In this document: piece after piece, positions 13,184-26,589 of the stretch
Numbering within the stretch: the first letter of the stretch is position 1
Layout of the letters: each line of letters opens with the position of its first letter
Program-made: the position numbers and the translations under genes
Notes under the pieces: generated by a model
What the model was told of the DNA's origin: nothing
What the model saw: only the letters and a program-made list of their open reading frames with translations
Databases searched by the model: none
From: Vitrella brassicaformis CCMP3155
Lineage: Eukaryota > Protista > Chromerida
DNA: 64,000 nt
Direction of reading: 5' to 3'
Assembly (NCBI GenBank): GCA_001179505.1
Contig: CDMY01000492.1
Span: 1 to 64,000, forward strand

Positions 13184-15510
13184 ATCATATACACACACTC
13201 CAAGTCCAAACGTGCATGGGCAAGTGTGCGCACAGAGACATTCATCATATACACATAATCCAAGTCCAAACGTGCATGGGCAAGTGTGCGCACAGAGACA
13301 TTCATCGTATGCACACACTCCAAGCCGACGCGTGTATGGGCAGGTGTGCGCACACAGACATTCATCATATGCACACACTCCAAGTGCAAACGTGCATGCG
13401 CAGGTGTGCGCACACAGACATTCATCATATGCACACACTCCAAATCGACGCGTGCATGAGCAGGTGTGCGCGCAGAGACATTCATCATATACCCACACTC
13501 CAAATCGACGCGTGCATGAGCAGGTGTGCGCGCAGAGACATTCATCGTATGCACACACTCCAAGCCGACGCGTGTATGGGCAGGTGTGCGCACACAGGGC
13601 AACATTCATCATATGCACACACTCCAAGTCCAAACGCGCATGGGCAAGTGTGCGCACAGACATTCATCATATACACATAATCCAAGTCGACGCGTGCATG
13701 GGCAGGTGTGCGCATAGAGACATTCATCATATGCACACACTCCAAGTCGACGCGTGCATGCGCAGGTGTGCGCACACAGACATTCATCATATACACACTC
13801 CAAGTCGACACGTGCATGAGCAGGTGTGCGCATACAGACATTCATCATATAGACACACTCCACACTCCAAGTCGACGCTTTCATGGGCAAGTGTGCGCAC
13901 AGAGACATTCATCATATGCACACACTCCAAGTCCAAACGCGCATGGGCAAGTGTGCGCACAGAGACATTCATCATATACACATAATCCAAGTCGACGCTT
14001 CCATGGGCAAGTGTGCGCACAGAGACATTCATCATATACACATAATCCAAGTCGACGCGTGCATGCGCAGGTGTGCGCACAGAGACATTCATGACATACA
14101 CGCACTCCAAGTCGATGCGTGGATGTGCAGGTGTGTGCACAGAGCCATTCATCATATACACACACTCCAAATCCAAACGGGAATGCGCAGGTGTGCGCAC
14201 AGAGACATTCATTACATACACACCCCAAGTCGACACGTGCATGCGCAGGTGTGTGCACAGATACATTCATCATATACACACACTCCAAATCCAGAAGGGA
14301 ATGCGCAGGTGTGCGCACAGAGACATTGAGACATTCATCATATACACGCATTCCAAGTCGACACGTGGATGCGCAGGTGTGCGCACAGAAACATTCATCA
14401 TATACACACACTCCAAATCCAAACGGGAATGCGCAGGTGTGCGCACAGAGACATTGAGATATTCATCATATACACGAACTCCAAGTCCACACGTGCATGC
14501 GCAGGTGTGCGCACAGATCCAATCATCATATACACGCACTCCAAGTGAAAACGTGCACGCGCAGGTGTGCGCACATAGACATTCATCATATACACGCACT
14601 CCAAGTCCACACGTGTATGCGCACGTGCACGCGCAGGTGTGTGCACAGAGCCATTCATCATATACACACACTCCAAACCCAAACGTGCATGCGCAGGTGT
14701 GCGCACAGAGCCATTCATCATATACACAGACTCCAAGTCGACACGTGCATGCGCAGGTGTGAGACATTCATGATATACACACACTCCAAATCCACACCTG
14801 CATGCGCAGGTGTGTGCACAGATCCATTCATCATATACACACACTCCAAATCCACACCTGCATGCGCAGGTGTGTGCACAGATCCATTCATCATATACAC
14901 ACACTCCAAATCCACACCTGCATGCGCAGGTGTGTGCACAGATCCATTCATCATATACACCCTCCAAGTCGNNNNNNNNNNNNNNNNNNNNNNNNNNNNN
15001 NNNNNNNNNNNNNNNNNNNNNNNNNNNNNNNNNNNNNNNNNNNNNNNNNNNNNNNNNNNNNNNNNNNNNNNNNNNNNNNNNNNNNNNNNNNNNNNNNNNN
15101 NNNNNNNNNNNNNNNNNNNNNNNNNNNNNNNNNNNNNNNNNNNNNNNNNNNNNNNNNNNNNNNNNNNNNNNNNNNNNNNNNNNNNNNNNNNNNNNNNNNN
15201 NNNNNNNNNNNNNNNNNNNNNNNNNNNNNNNNNNNNNNNNNNNNNNNNNNNNNNNNNNNNNNNNNNNNNNNCGCGTGCATGCGCAGGTATGCGCACAGAG
15301 GCAAGGTGTGCGCACAGAGACATTCATCATATATACACCCTCCAAGTCGACGCGTACATACACACACTCCAAGCCAACACGTGCATGCGCAGGGGTGCGC
15401 ACACACATGTTCATTATATACACACACTCCAAGTCCAAACGTGCATACGCAGGGGTGCGCACAGAGACATTCATCATATACACACCCTCCAAGTCGACAC
15501 GTGCATGCGC
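13184..15510 (+). repeat. 60-bp minisatellite array 1 (contains a 300-N gap at 14972-15271)
   Basis: Tandem unit catcatatacacacactccaagtccaaacgtgcatgggcaagtgtgcgcacagagacatt (60 nt) with variants. Confidence 0.95.
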
Positions 15511-15812
15511 AAAGCCTTCGCCTTCCCCCATTCGTCACAGCGGCAGCAACAACTGAGCGACACCATCAACGGCAGCGTGTCTCCATGGATGCGTGGGTGG
15601 GGGTTGTTCTGTCTGTCTGTCTGTCTGTCTGTATCCGCTTTTGTACGTGCGTAGGTGGGGGGGGGAATTGGGTGCTGTGTTGAAATAGGCTGTTTACAGC
15701 TGGATGGCAAATATGCTGTGTTGCTGGGGACACACGAGGGGACGACATACCACGGCCTAGGTCTGTCTCTCATCTAGCTTTTACATGTGCGTGCGTGCCG
15801 CTGTGAATTGTC

Positions 15813-17700
15813 ATGGCGGCTCAGCATTGCTCTCTGCCTACTCGTGTACGCGATTCGCACACGATGGGTTACCGATATGTGAGCCTCTGTCAGATAGATC
15901 GTTACTTTAGTGTCGTAAAGGCAACACTCCAAGGGGACGGGATCGCACACTTGCTCGCTCTGGACTTGAGAAAGAGAGAGCTATCAGACTATTTGTAGCC
16001 TTCATGATGGCCCCACTCGCTGTGTGCAGTGTATTGGTCTGTATCTGCCTCCATCTTTCGCCGTCACACACGTGTACATCTGCACAGCTGTCCACACGTG
16101 TGAATTCATTATATGTGCCATTGGATGGGTCGCACGCATTATTGCATCGTGTCCGATAAGGTCACACGGAGTTCGACACGGGGGCAGACAGAAGTTTTCT
16201 CTGCTACCTGCCTGCCTGCCTGCCTGCCTGCCTGACGACAGAGGGAAGGCGGCGGGGCGAGGGAGCCGTTCATTGCATATTATGCATGTCTTCGACTACG
16301 GCGGTAGTCAACTCCTGGGAATGAAAGGGCAGGTATGGATTGGATGAAGGTACGGTCTATTGGATCATCTCGTCTCACCTGTGATGGACCTCTGCTCTCG
16401 CACAAAAAGATCTGACGCCATCTCACGTCGCTGTGCTTTTTGGGGCCCGAGATTTGTTCGATATGATGGCGCCTTACTTGGGGCCCTTTCAGAGCGAGAA
16501 GTATTACAGACTCGCAGACTCGGTGAGGAGGACTGATTTCGCAAAGCAATGTCAGCTGAACAGCTTTTTTCATCCTGTGCACAGTACAAGAGCACCTGCC
16601 TTCATCTTTTTGTGATGAGCAGACATTTTGATTATCAAGTCACTCAGATGCTCTTGCAGCAGGGAGGTAGTAGCTCGCTCGGCTGCCAGAACTGGGTGAG
16701 AGAGGACACACGTAAAACCTTCAACTTAATGGGATCAGTCATCATCTTTGTGTCTTGCGCTCTGTGTAAATCAGGTCGGCATGACACCGATCCACCTGAA
16801 GTTTAATGCTCCACAGCTGCGAGCGAATGCAGGCTTGCTTTCTGGAGAATTTGCTGAAGGATCCAGAGTTGGACGACCTCCACAGCATCTTGATGGCTCA
16901 GAATCAGGTAAAGTCAGACCAGTTCACTCACTTGCTCAGATGCAGAACGTTCATGGCCTTTCTCTCCTGCAGGATGGAGACACCATCTTCCATGTGGCTG
17001 TCTTGAGATAAGATCAAAAAGAAATGCTGGAATCGCTCTTTGAGGTGGCTTCCAAGATGTCTATCTCAAAGCAACTGGAGCTTTCGGTATGGAAAACAAA
17101 GTGAGCAGGTGCTTGATTTACGTGGACTTTTCTCTTTCCCTTATCTTCTTGTTGTCTGTAGGCCGGAAGACGATTCTTCAGATCGCCGGAAGACGATTCT
17201 TCAGATCGCCAGAGAGTCAGTCTTTCCTTTCAAGGTCATGGTCCTTCTGAAGCACATGGGAGACTTTTTTCGGACAAATCCCATCATTTTTTCAGACAAA
17301 TCCCATCATTCAGCAGCTGCGCTCTTAGCATCGAGCAAGCTACTTCTCCAGTACAGAGGGACAAGGTCCTGCAGAAGAAGCGGCCTTCGATTATCGACCA
17401 GCTGTACTTGCTGTCGCATCTGAGAAAGCTTGATCTGAGCGATGCAAAGCGATGTGCGCTCACGAAGCACCATTTGAGCTCATCCTCCATGTGAGCAGAG
17501 CTTTTGCGACTCATAGAGTCCCATATCTATTTTCTTGCCCTGTAATTTTGAAGGAAATGGGTTCGAAGGCTGTGGCGGCTCTGGAAAAGTCGTATCGCGA
17601 GGCCTATTCGTTTGTCAAGACCGTTGAAGAGTCCATTGGCATTCCCTTCTCAGAGTACCCACTTGTCCTCTCACATTACGTATGCAATACGATGCGCATG
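15813..17700 (+). pseudogene. Decayed ankyrin-repeat-type gene
   Basis: Ankyrin-like motifs GDGIAHLLA (~15935), GMTPIHL (~16777), DGDTIFHVAVLR (~16975) and KTILQIA (~17190) lie in GT-AG-bounded exon-like blocks. In-frame TAA at ~17009, frameshifts, and frame-breaking 23-bp and 22-bp tandem duplications at 17163-17208 and 17265-17308. Confidence 0.45.
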
Positions 17701-18004
17701 CGACACATTATCCTCTCCATCCAATGCGAGTAACTTGCATACTGTCTCACTCCGCATCTGAATGGAAGCCGCGCAGGTTCGCCGAGGAAAAAGCACCTCT
17801 CGCATCATTCATCGCACCAGTGAGAAAGAAGACTTGCAACACTTCAGTTTTGGAATCAATCTCTGTCCCTTTGCCCTGCTGCAGATTCTCCAGTGTTTTC
17901 TCAGTCTGTCAATCTTGATGCAAGTCATCTTACACTGCAATGCAGTAAGAAACCTCATTAATTGTACCTCGCGTCTCATACAGCCACTTCTTCTTGATTG
18001 TGAC

Positions 18005-20491
18005 GATACAGACACTCCAAGTCGACACGTGCACGCGCAGTCGACACGTGCACGCGCAGGTGTGCGCATAGAGACATTCATCAGATACAGACACTCCAAG
18101 TCGACATGTGCATGCGCAGGTGTGCGCAAACAGACATTCATCAGATGCACCCACTCCAAGTCCAAACGTGCATGCGCAGGTGTGCGCACACAGAGACATT
18201 CATCAGATGCACCCACTCCAAGTCGACACGTGCACGCGCAGGTGTGCGCACACAGACATTCATCAGATGCACGCACTCCAAGTCGGCACGTGCGCGCAAG
18301 TGTGCGCACAGAGACATTCCTCAGATGCACCCACACCAAGTCGACACGTGCATGCGCGGGTGTGCGCACAGAGACATTCATCAGATACAGACACTCCAAA
18401 TCGACACGTGCACGCGCAGGTGCAGATACAGACGCTCCAAGTCGACACGTGCATGCGCAGGTGTGCGCACACAGACATTCATCAGATGCACCCACTCCAG
18501 TGCATGCGCAGGTGTGCGCACACACACGCACTCCAAGCCGACACGTACATGCGCAGGTATGCGCACACAGACATTCATCATATACAGCACTCCAAGTCCA
18601 CACGTGCATGCGCAGGTGTGCGCACACAGACATTCATCATATACACGCACTCCAAGTCCACACGTGCAAGTCCACACGTGCATGCGCAGGTGTGGGCACA
18701 GAGACATTCATCATATACACGCACCCCAAGTCCACACATGCATGCGCACGTGCATGCGCAGGGGTGCGCACTCCAAGTCCACATATGCATCCGCACGTGC
18801 GTGCGCAGGTGTGCGCACAGAGACCTTCGTCATTTGCACGCACTTCAAGTCCACACATGCATGCGCACAGGTGTGCGCACACAGACATTCATCATATACA
18901 CACACTCCAAGTCCACACGTGCATGCGCACGTGTATGCGCAGGTGTGCGCACACAGACATTCATCATATACACACACTCCAAGTAGTCCACACATACATG
19001 CGCACGTGCGCACAGAGACCTTCGTCATTTGCACGCACTCCAAGTCCACACATGCATGCGCACGTGCATGAGCAGGTGTGCGCACACAGACATTCATCAT
19101 ATACACGCACTCCAAGTAGTCCACACGTGCATGCGCAGGTGTGCGCACACAGACCTTCGTCATTTGCACGCACTCCACGTCCACACATGCATGCGCACGT
19201 GCGGAGGTGTGCGCACATAGACATTCATCATATACACGCACTCCAAGTCCACACGTGCATGCGCAGGTGTGCGCACAGAGATCTTCGTCATTTGCACGCA
19301 CTCCACGTCCACACATGCATGCGCACGTGCGCAGGTGTGCGGACATAGACATTCATCATATACACGCACTCCAAGCCCACACATGCATGCGCAGGTGTGC
19401 GCACAGAGACACTCATCATATGCACGCACTCCAAGTAGTCCACACGTGCATGCGCAGGTGTGCGCACAGAGACCTTCGTCATTTGCACGCACTCCAAGTC
19501 CACACATGCATGCGCACGTGCATGCGCAGGTGTGCACACACAGACATTCAGTATGTGCACACACTCCAAGTCGACACGTGCATGCGCAGGTGTGCGAACA
19601 CAGACATTCATCATATACACACACTCCAAATCAACACGTGCATGCGTAGGTTTGCGCACACAAACATTCATCATATACACACACTCCAAGTCGACACGTG
19701 CATGCGCAGGTGTGCGCACACAGACATTCGTCATATACATACACTCCAAGTCCAAACGTCCATGCGCATGTGTGCACACACAGACATTCAGTATGTGCAC
19801 ACAGTCCAAGTCGACATGTGCAGGCGCGAGTGTGCGCACACAGACATTCGTGTGCACATAGTCCAAGTCGACACGTGCATGCGCGGGTGTGCGCACAGAG
19901 ACATTTGTCATATACACACACTCCAAGTCCAATCGTCTATGCGCAGGTGTGCACACACAGACATTCAGTATGTGCACACAGTCCAAGTCGACACGTGCAT
20001 GCGCAGGTGTGCGCATACAGACATTCAGTATGTGCACATAGTCCAAGTCGACACGTGCATGCGCGGGTGTGCTTACAGAGACATTCGTCATATACACACA
20101 CTCCAAGTCCAAACGTCTATGCGCAGGTGTGCGCACACAGACATTCGTCATATACATACACTCCAAGTCCAAACGTCCATGCGCATGTGTTCAGACACAG
20201 ACATTCAGTATGTGCACACACTCCAAGTCGACACGTGCATGCGCAGGTGTGCGCACACAGACATTCATCATATACACACACTCCAAGTCCAAACGTCCAT
20301 GCGCAACACCCGCGCACACAGACATTCAGTATGTGCACACAGTCCAAGTCGACACGTGCATGCGCAGGTCTGCGCACACAGACAATCATCATATACACAC
20401 ACTGTGCGATTACAGACATTCATCAATACACACACTCCAAGAAGATACGTGCATGCGCAGGTGTGCGCGCACAGACATTCATCATATACAC
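18005..20491 (+). repeat. 60-bp minisatellite array 2 (more degenerate; unit variants in blocks)
   Basis: Same ctccaagtcgacacgtgcatgcgcaggtgtgcgcacacagacattcatcatatac unit. It abuts the copia gag fragment at 20492. Confidence 0.95.
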
Positions 20492-21169
20492 ACCACTGCC
20501 GCAGACACAATCTCCTGTGCCTTGCCATTGCATCCGCAGATCAGCCAGGTCCAGGGGTCCTTGAGGGCCTGGTGCTCCTTGGAGGGACTGCGGGTGCTGG
20601 CTGGGCCACTCTCGGCACTCGCGCTGGGCGCGGGGATGAGGCTCCCCTCTGTCGATCCGGCCTCCCACAGCCCGGGGGCCTGGTCTTTCTCTGCCTCAGT
20701 CGTGGGCAGCAGCTGCTCCAATGACCTGGCCGTCATCAGACCTTGCAGCTTCATGTGGAACGCCTCCCAGTCAGCCGGGTCACCCGAGAATTTGGGTACC
20801 TCCAGCTTGGCCATCTCCGTCGTGGACCTTGACTGCGTGCCGCCCGTCAGTCCGTTGTCCTTCAATGCAGTCGTCACAGCCGAGGCGATTTGCTGTGCCT
20901 GGGAGTTGTTGTTGCTGGTCATCACGTTGCTGAGGGCAGTGGCAACGGCCGACCCTAGCGCATTGACGTCTATACCCGACGTCGTCATCGCGCCGCACCT
21001 CACTCACGAATCGCCACACTTCGCTGCGCTCATGTCAGATGCGGTGTGTGCGAGGTGAATGTCCGTTCACTGAGCCACATACACAGATGGCCATGTCCAC
21101 ACACACATAGTGACCACCGTGAATGTAGCATACAGTGTAACACAACGGCCGGCCAGGTAAGATCTGACA
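20492..21169 (-). mobile_element. Ty1/copia second copy: LTR + PBS + N-terminal gag only
   Basis: 20492-21169 is near-identical to 25514-26432. It encodes MTTSGIDVNALGSAVATAL...LEVPKFSGDPADWEAFHMKLQG and is cut off by the satellite. Confidence 0.85.
21033..21169 (-). repeat. Copia LTR, 137 bp
   Basis: Bounded by TGTCAGA...TCTGACA (TG..CA, 7-bp inverted ends). Matches 26228-26432. Followed on the minus strand by a PBS-position sequence TGAGCGCAGCGAAG (TGGGCGCAGCGAAG in the other copy). Confidence 0.8.
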
Positions 21170-24100
21170 CAGTCAGTGACGCATCGGCGTAGCCATCTAG
21201 TGAGAAAAGAATCATACGCATGTTACCCACATACATCGCCTCTCATTCTCCTCCAGAGAAAGTGATGCCTAGGTCCCGTGTTCCTTTAACATACCGCAGT
21301 ACATGTCAACATGCATGCACATGCACCGGTGCGGGACCATCCAAGACACGAGACAAGATAGAGCACGCATAGGCGAGGTCAGGCCGACACGTGGTGGCCG
21401 CGTATTGCAGGTGGCCAACCACTGATCGATACGGAAAATTGGCTATGCTGTCCACCTCAGCCGCCGAAAAGCTCTCACTACGCGCATTGAAGTCAGGGCC
21501 GATAGGCAGGGGGCAATCTGCCGGCCCACAGTCAGTCATGCCGAACTTGTCTATCACAGCATCCATGTACTTGGTCAGATGTAGCGTGAGCTGCCTGCTC
21601 TCTCTGTCACGACTCACTGACACACCCAAAAACGTGCTGACATCACCCAGGTCTTCAATCACGACCTTCTCTCTCAGCATCTCTTTCAGCCACTCGTATC
21701 CTCCACTCACTGATGCAACAATCATATCACCTACATAGCGTGCGAGCAGAACGCCGAGAGACGGCTGGTAGTACAGAGACGTCTCGTTACGGCACGAAAG
21801 GAAGCCTAATTGAGACAAATATGAATCGATATGCACATTCCATGCACGAGGAGCACCTGGCAGACCATACAGCGCTCGCAGCAGCTCCATCACAAATCCA
21901 TCTACTTTGTATCCAGGAGGGAATTCACACCACACAGGCTCATCTAGAGGTGAGTAAAGAAAAGCTGTCTCCACATCCAGGTGCTTCAGTTCTAGGTCCA
22001 TCGCATTAGCTGTGCTGGCCACCACATGGAATGCATCAAACTGCAGAGTGGGAGAGAAGGTGGGGCCTCTCTCCTCCACTGGCTACTCAAAGCCACGCAC
22101 CACTATCCTAGCCTTGAACTTGTGAGCTCTGATCGCAAAAACCCACTTGATGGACAATACTCGCTTCCTGGCTGAGATACTCGCTTCCTGGCTGAGCTGC
22201 GAGTCACTGTCTTATACACATTCTTGTCGCGCACACTGTTCATCTCACGATCCATTGCTTCTTGCCATCTATGCTTCAGTGGACTACGCATTGCCTGTGC
22301 GTAAGACCTGGGCTCGCCCAGCAGCCGCGCAAGCGCCAAGTCACGTCTCAGATCCTCATCTATTCCAGTAGTCATGATTCACACACAGAAAACAGTGAGT
22401 GGATGCACACTCGTCTCACGCACATACAGCACATAACTCAAGGCACACACGCACATCACACACAGATGCACACATGCCGATGCACACGTACACACACATG
22501 CACACGCACATGCACATCTACCCGTACTCACTCTCCGAGCCCTCTGTCTCCCCCTCTGTCTCCAAACGCACTCTCTCATGCTCGTCGATCTCCTCTCCTC
22601 TCAAGCTCGGCGTCTAGCCCAGCTTCTCCCTGACGAGTTCGTTGACCTTCTCTTGCCGCTCGCGCTGAGCCTGCTGCCTCCTGGCCAATGTGCTGCCGGT
22701 CAGTTGGGGTGTCCGCTTCTTGATGTACTCCTGCAGGGTGGGCAGCTCTTTCTGCACGTCTGCTCTGACGGCGTTGACCTGCCGCTGGCCGCAATTGGAG
22801 AAGTCGTAGCCCTCCTCGTCTCGCTTGGGTGGCTGCACCTTGCGCCGCAGATTGTATCTGCCGCCCCCTCTGTCGCGCTGGTCTCCTTGTTGTTGTGGTT
22901 GCTGTACAGCTGGTGGTGGGGTTGGTGGGGGTGGTGGTGAGGATGATGGGCCGTCACGCTGTGGCTGGGTCTGCGGGATGGGCTGGGGTCGTGGGGTATT
23001 GTTGGTGTTGGTGGGTGCGGGGGGGGTCGGGGTGTTGTTGGCGTTGGTGGCAGGCGTGGGCATGGGGGAAGGTGGGGTCGTGGAGCTCGACAGCGACGGG
23101 ACGCGGGTGTTGAACTGCAGACGCTCGTCACCCACACGCTCACACACCGTGTCACCTCCTCCCTCATGCCCGTGTTGCCCGTGTGTCCTCCCCGTCCCAC
23201 TCTCGTCTACCCATGGGGCTGGTGTGGGGTTCATCATGCGCTCCTGTCGCTCCTTGAAGGGGAATCGGGTCTCGTCCACCGTCACCTCCGCAGTCTCGAT
23301 CACCTTGTTCGTGTTGGGGTCGAGGACGCGGTAGGCGCCCTTCATGTTCGGAACCACGCCCAGCATCACCATCACCTTGCTCTTGGGCTGCAATGCCGTC
23401 CGCTTCTCCTTCCTCTGGTGCACGAATGCCGCCGACCCGAAGAGGAACAGGCCTTTGATGCTCGATTTGGTGCCGTAGAGGGCGAAGTGGGGAGAGGTGA
23501 TCTCGCCGTCGGGAAGCTGCACCGCCTTGGACACAACGATGTTGTGGATCTTGACGGCATATTCGAGCGCGTAGGGCCAGTAGGCGAGGGGCATGCCTGC
23601 GTCTGCGAGGATCGCCCTCACCATGCTCATGATGATGTCGATCCTTCTCTCCACGACGCCGCCCTGGTGCCGCTTGTGTGGGGCGTCGAACTGCTGCCGG
23701 ATGCGCCGCTCCCTGCAGTACTTGGCCAAGGCGCCGTACCGGAACTCCTTGGCGCCGTCGCTCCGCAGCGTCTTGATCTCACTCCTGACCTGCTCGTACT
23801 TGCTCACACACTCCGTGATCTTCTTGCGCGATGTGACAGTGAAGGCGGTGGTGTGGCGGGTCTTGTCATCCGTCAGCAGGAAGAAGCCCGTGTGGCCCTT
23901 GATCGACGTTGGCAGGGGCTTGTGGTCGAGGTGCACCAGGTCGAAAGGCTTCTCCGCTCTGGTGCCGGGGTCCTTGCACACATTCTTGAGGCGCATCTTG
24001 CCCGCCATGCACCAATCACACACGCCCTTGTCACCTGGTGGCTTGATCACGGGCATGTCCTCGACGAACTTCTGCGTCTTGGCCAGCTTGTCGTAGCTGA

Positions 24101-26432
24101 CGTGGCAGCACAGCCTGTGCGTACGGATGGCCGCCTCCTTGGTCTTGTCGCTCGTGGCCGCCGTCAGCGGTGGGGCGGGTGGGTTTGCGGATGGGGGTGG
24201 GGCTTTTGCGGGTGAGGGTGGGATCGGTCCGGCGCACAGGTAGTACAGGTTGCCTTCCATGCGGAGAGCGATGGTGTGCTGCACTGAGCCCCTTGCAGAA
24301 ACGATGAGTACCCATGCACTCGATCGAGGATACCCGCAGACAGCAGGTTGACAGACAGGCCGGGTACGTAGAGCACGTTGCCGATCCGCACGGGAAGCTC
24401 ACGGCCGTCCGTCTGCCGCACGAGCATCTGGATGGTGCCCACACCCTCCGCTGTGGTCGTCTGCCCCGTCACCGAGCGAATGCGGTACTTTGTGGTTGGC
24501 TCGATGTTGGTGAAGTACCTCTTGTCCCACACGCAGTGCCGCTCTGATGCGGAGTCGTGCATGATCCGCTGGTCCTTGACATTGGAGAGCGTGGCCGCCA
24601 CACACGTCTCGACGATGATGTCCGTCTCGCTCTCGTTGTTGTCGACCATCTCCACCTTGGCATGCGACGCCATGCCGACGTCCTGGGTCTCCTCCACGAT
24701 GTATGACGACTCGAAGAGGGGCGAGTCGTCGCACTCCCCAAACGCCACGTTGACGTGGGTGCCGCCCCTTCTGCCACGGGAGCCCCCGCTGCCCCCTCTC
24801 GACGGCTGATAGCCGCCACGGCCGCCTCTGCCGCGATACCCTGGGGGAACCCAGCCGGTGGGCCACTGCACCCTCTCGCGCTCCTCGTCTGCTCTGAGGA
24901 TGAAGCAGTGCCGCCAGCCGCCCTTGTGTGCCTTCTGGCAGTAGTCGCACTGCACGACGGCAAGGGGCTTGCCGTTGTCCGTCTGGCCGCCATTGGCTGT
25001 GAAGCCCCCTCTGCCGTTGCCCATCTTGCCGCCTCTGCCGCGGCTCACGCCCCTGTGGCCGCCTCTGCCTCTGCTGGTGCCCCTGCCTCTCCCGTTGTGC
25101 TGGTTGCCGCTCCACGACTTGACATTCGCCGTCATGGAGATGTTGCCGCCGTTCTCTCTGTTGTGGTCGTCGGCGTAGTTGATGAGCACCTGCTGGAACT
25201 CATCCCAGTTGCTGCCAGCCGATTGGCCGTGGAGGTACTTGATGAAGTCCTCCAGGGCCGTCTTCCGGATGGCCCGCTTCATGATGTCGATCTTGATGTG
25301 CTCGTTGATGTCCTGCCCGAGCGCCTTCGCCCGCGCGCACAGCTTGTTGAAGCGCGCCAGCTCGAGCTGCACGTCGATGCTGGTCATCTCGAAGTCGATC
25401 ACGTCCTGCACCGACTTGCCCTTCATGGCCTTTCGGTCTGACGCATATGCCGACGCCAGCCGATAGAAGAGCAACGCACCCTTGCCCTCCTTCTCCGTGT
25501 CGCCCTTCCATTCCACCACTGCCGCAGACACAATCTCCTGTGCCTTGCCATTGCATCCGCAGATCAGCCAGGTCCAGGGGTCCTTGAGGGCCTGGTGCTC
25601 CTTGGAGGGACTGCGGGTGCTGGCTGGGCCACTCTCGGCACTCGCGCTGGGCGTGGGGATGAGGCTCCCCTCTGTCGATCCGGCCTCCCACAGCCCGGGG
25701 GCCTGGTCTTTCTCTGCCTCAGTCGTGGGCAGCAGCTGCTCCAATGACCTGGCCGTCATCAGACCTTGCAGCTTCATGTGGAANNNNNNNNNNNNNNNNN
25801 NNNNNNNNNNNNNNNNNNNNNNNNNNNNNNNNNNNNNNNNNNNNNNNNNNNNNNNNNNNNNNNNNNNNNNNNNNNNNNNNNNNNNNNNNNNNNNNNNNNN
25901 NNNNNNNNNNNNNNNNNNNNNNNNNNNNNNNNNNNNNNNNNNNNNNNNNNNNNNNNNNNNNNNNNNNNNNNNNNNNNNNNNNNNNNNNNNNNNNNNNNNN
26001 NNNNNNNNNNNNNNNNNNNNNNNNNNNNNNNNNNNNNNNNNNNNNNNNNNNNNNNNNNNNNNNNNNNNNNNNNNNNNNNNNNNTTTGCTGTGCCTGGGAG
26101 TTGTTGTTGCTGGTCATCACGTTGCTGAGGGCAGTGGCAATGGCCGACCCTAGCGCATTGACGTCTATACCCGACGTCGTCATCGCGCCGCACCTCACTC
26201 ACGAATCGCCACACTTCGCTGCGCCCATGTCAGATGCGGTGTGTGCGAGGTGAATGTCCGTTCAGTGAGCCACATACACAGATGGCCATGTCCACACACA
26301 CATAGTGACCACCGTGAATGTAGGTGCGTACCTGAGCCACATACACAGATGGCCATGTCCACACACACACATAGTGACCACCGTGAATGTATCATACAGT
26401 GTAACACAACGGCCGGCCAGGTAAATCTGACA
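21170..26432 (-). mobile_element. Ty1/copia LTR retrotransposon, gag-PR-IN-RT-RH order, inactivated
   Basis: gag with knuckle CDYCQKAHKGGWRHC. Protease IMHDSASERH..GVGTI..VLYVPGLSVNLLS. HHCC HRLCCH..CDWC. Integrase LDHKP..RSDGAKEF..VERR. RT EPRSYAQAM..WQEAMDREM, KARIVVRG, HLDVETAFL, ALYGL, YVGD (YVDD mutated), LQYAATTCRPDL. Then VLRYVKGT and LDGYADAS (RNase H start). Frameshift at ~24285 and several stops. Confidence 0.93.
26228..26432 (-). repeat. Copia 5' LTR, 205 bp (carries an internal tandem duplication of ~68 bp)
   Basis: TGTCAGA..TCTGACA ends. The block tgagccacatacacagatggccatgtccacacacacatagtgaccaccgtgaatgta occurs twice, versus once in the 21033 LTR. Confidence 0.8.
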
Positions 26433-26565
26433 CGCACCTGCGTATACACGCGTGGACTTAGAATGTGTGTATACGATGAATGCTTCCTGCGCATGCACGC
26501 TTGGACTTGGAGTGTGTGCATATGATGAATACCTCTGTGCGCGCAGCTGCGTATGCATACACAGA
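26433..26565 (-). repeat. Two to three units of the 60-bp minisatellite in inverted orientation
   Basis: ggacttggagtgtgtgcatatgatgaat is the reverse complement of the array unit. It directly abuts the copia 5' LTR. Confidence 0.85.
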
Positions 26566-26589
26566 GCATGAAACTGCATGCATACCTGG

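Noticed and set aside
13184-20491. CRISPR-like regular repeats
   Set aside because: The units are contiguous tandem copies with no unique spacers, there are no cas genes, and the context is eukaryotic.
13126-20724. Dozens of long His/Cys/Thr/Arg-rich ORFs in all six frames
   Set aside because: They arise because the 60-bp satellite unit is a multiple of three and poor in stop codons. No evidence of real coding.
21033-21169. Reading this LTR as the normal 3' LTR of the 21-26 kb copia
   Set aside because: No polypurine tract, RNase H is cut mid-domain, and a PBS-position sequence plus gag follow it.
22380-22600. Possible intron between copia integrase and RT (GTGAGT on the minus strand)
   Set aside because: No convincing acceptor. 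The stretch reads as a degenerate low-complexity linker with point-mutation stops.
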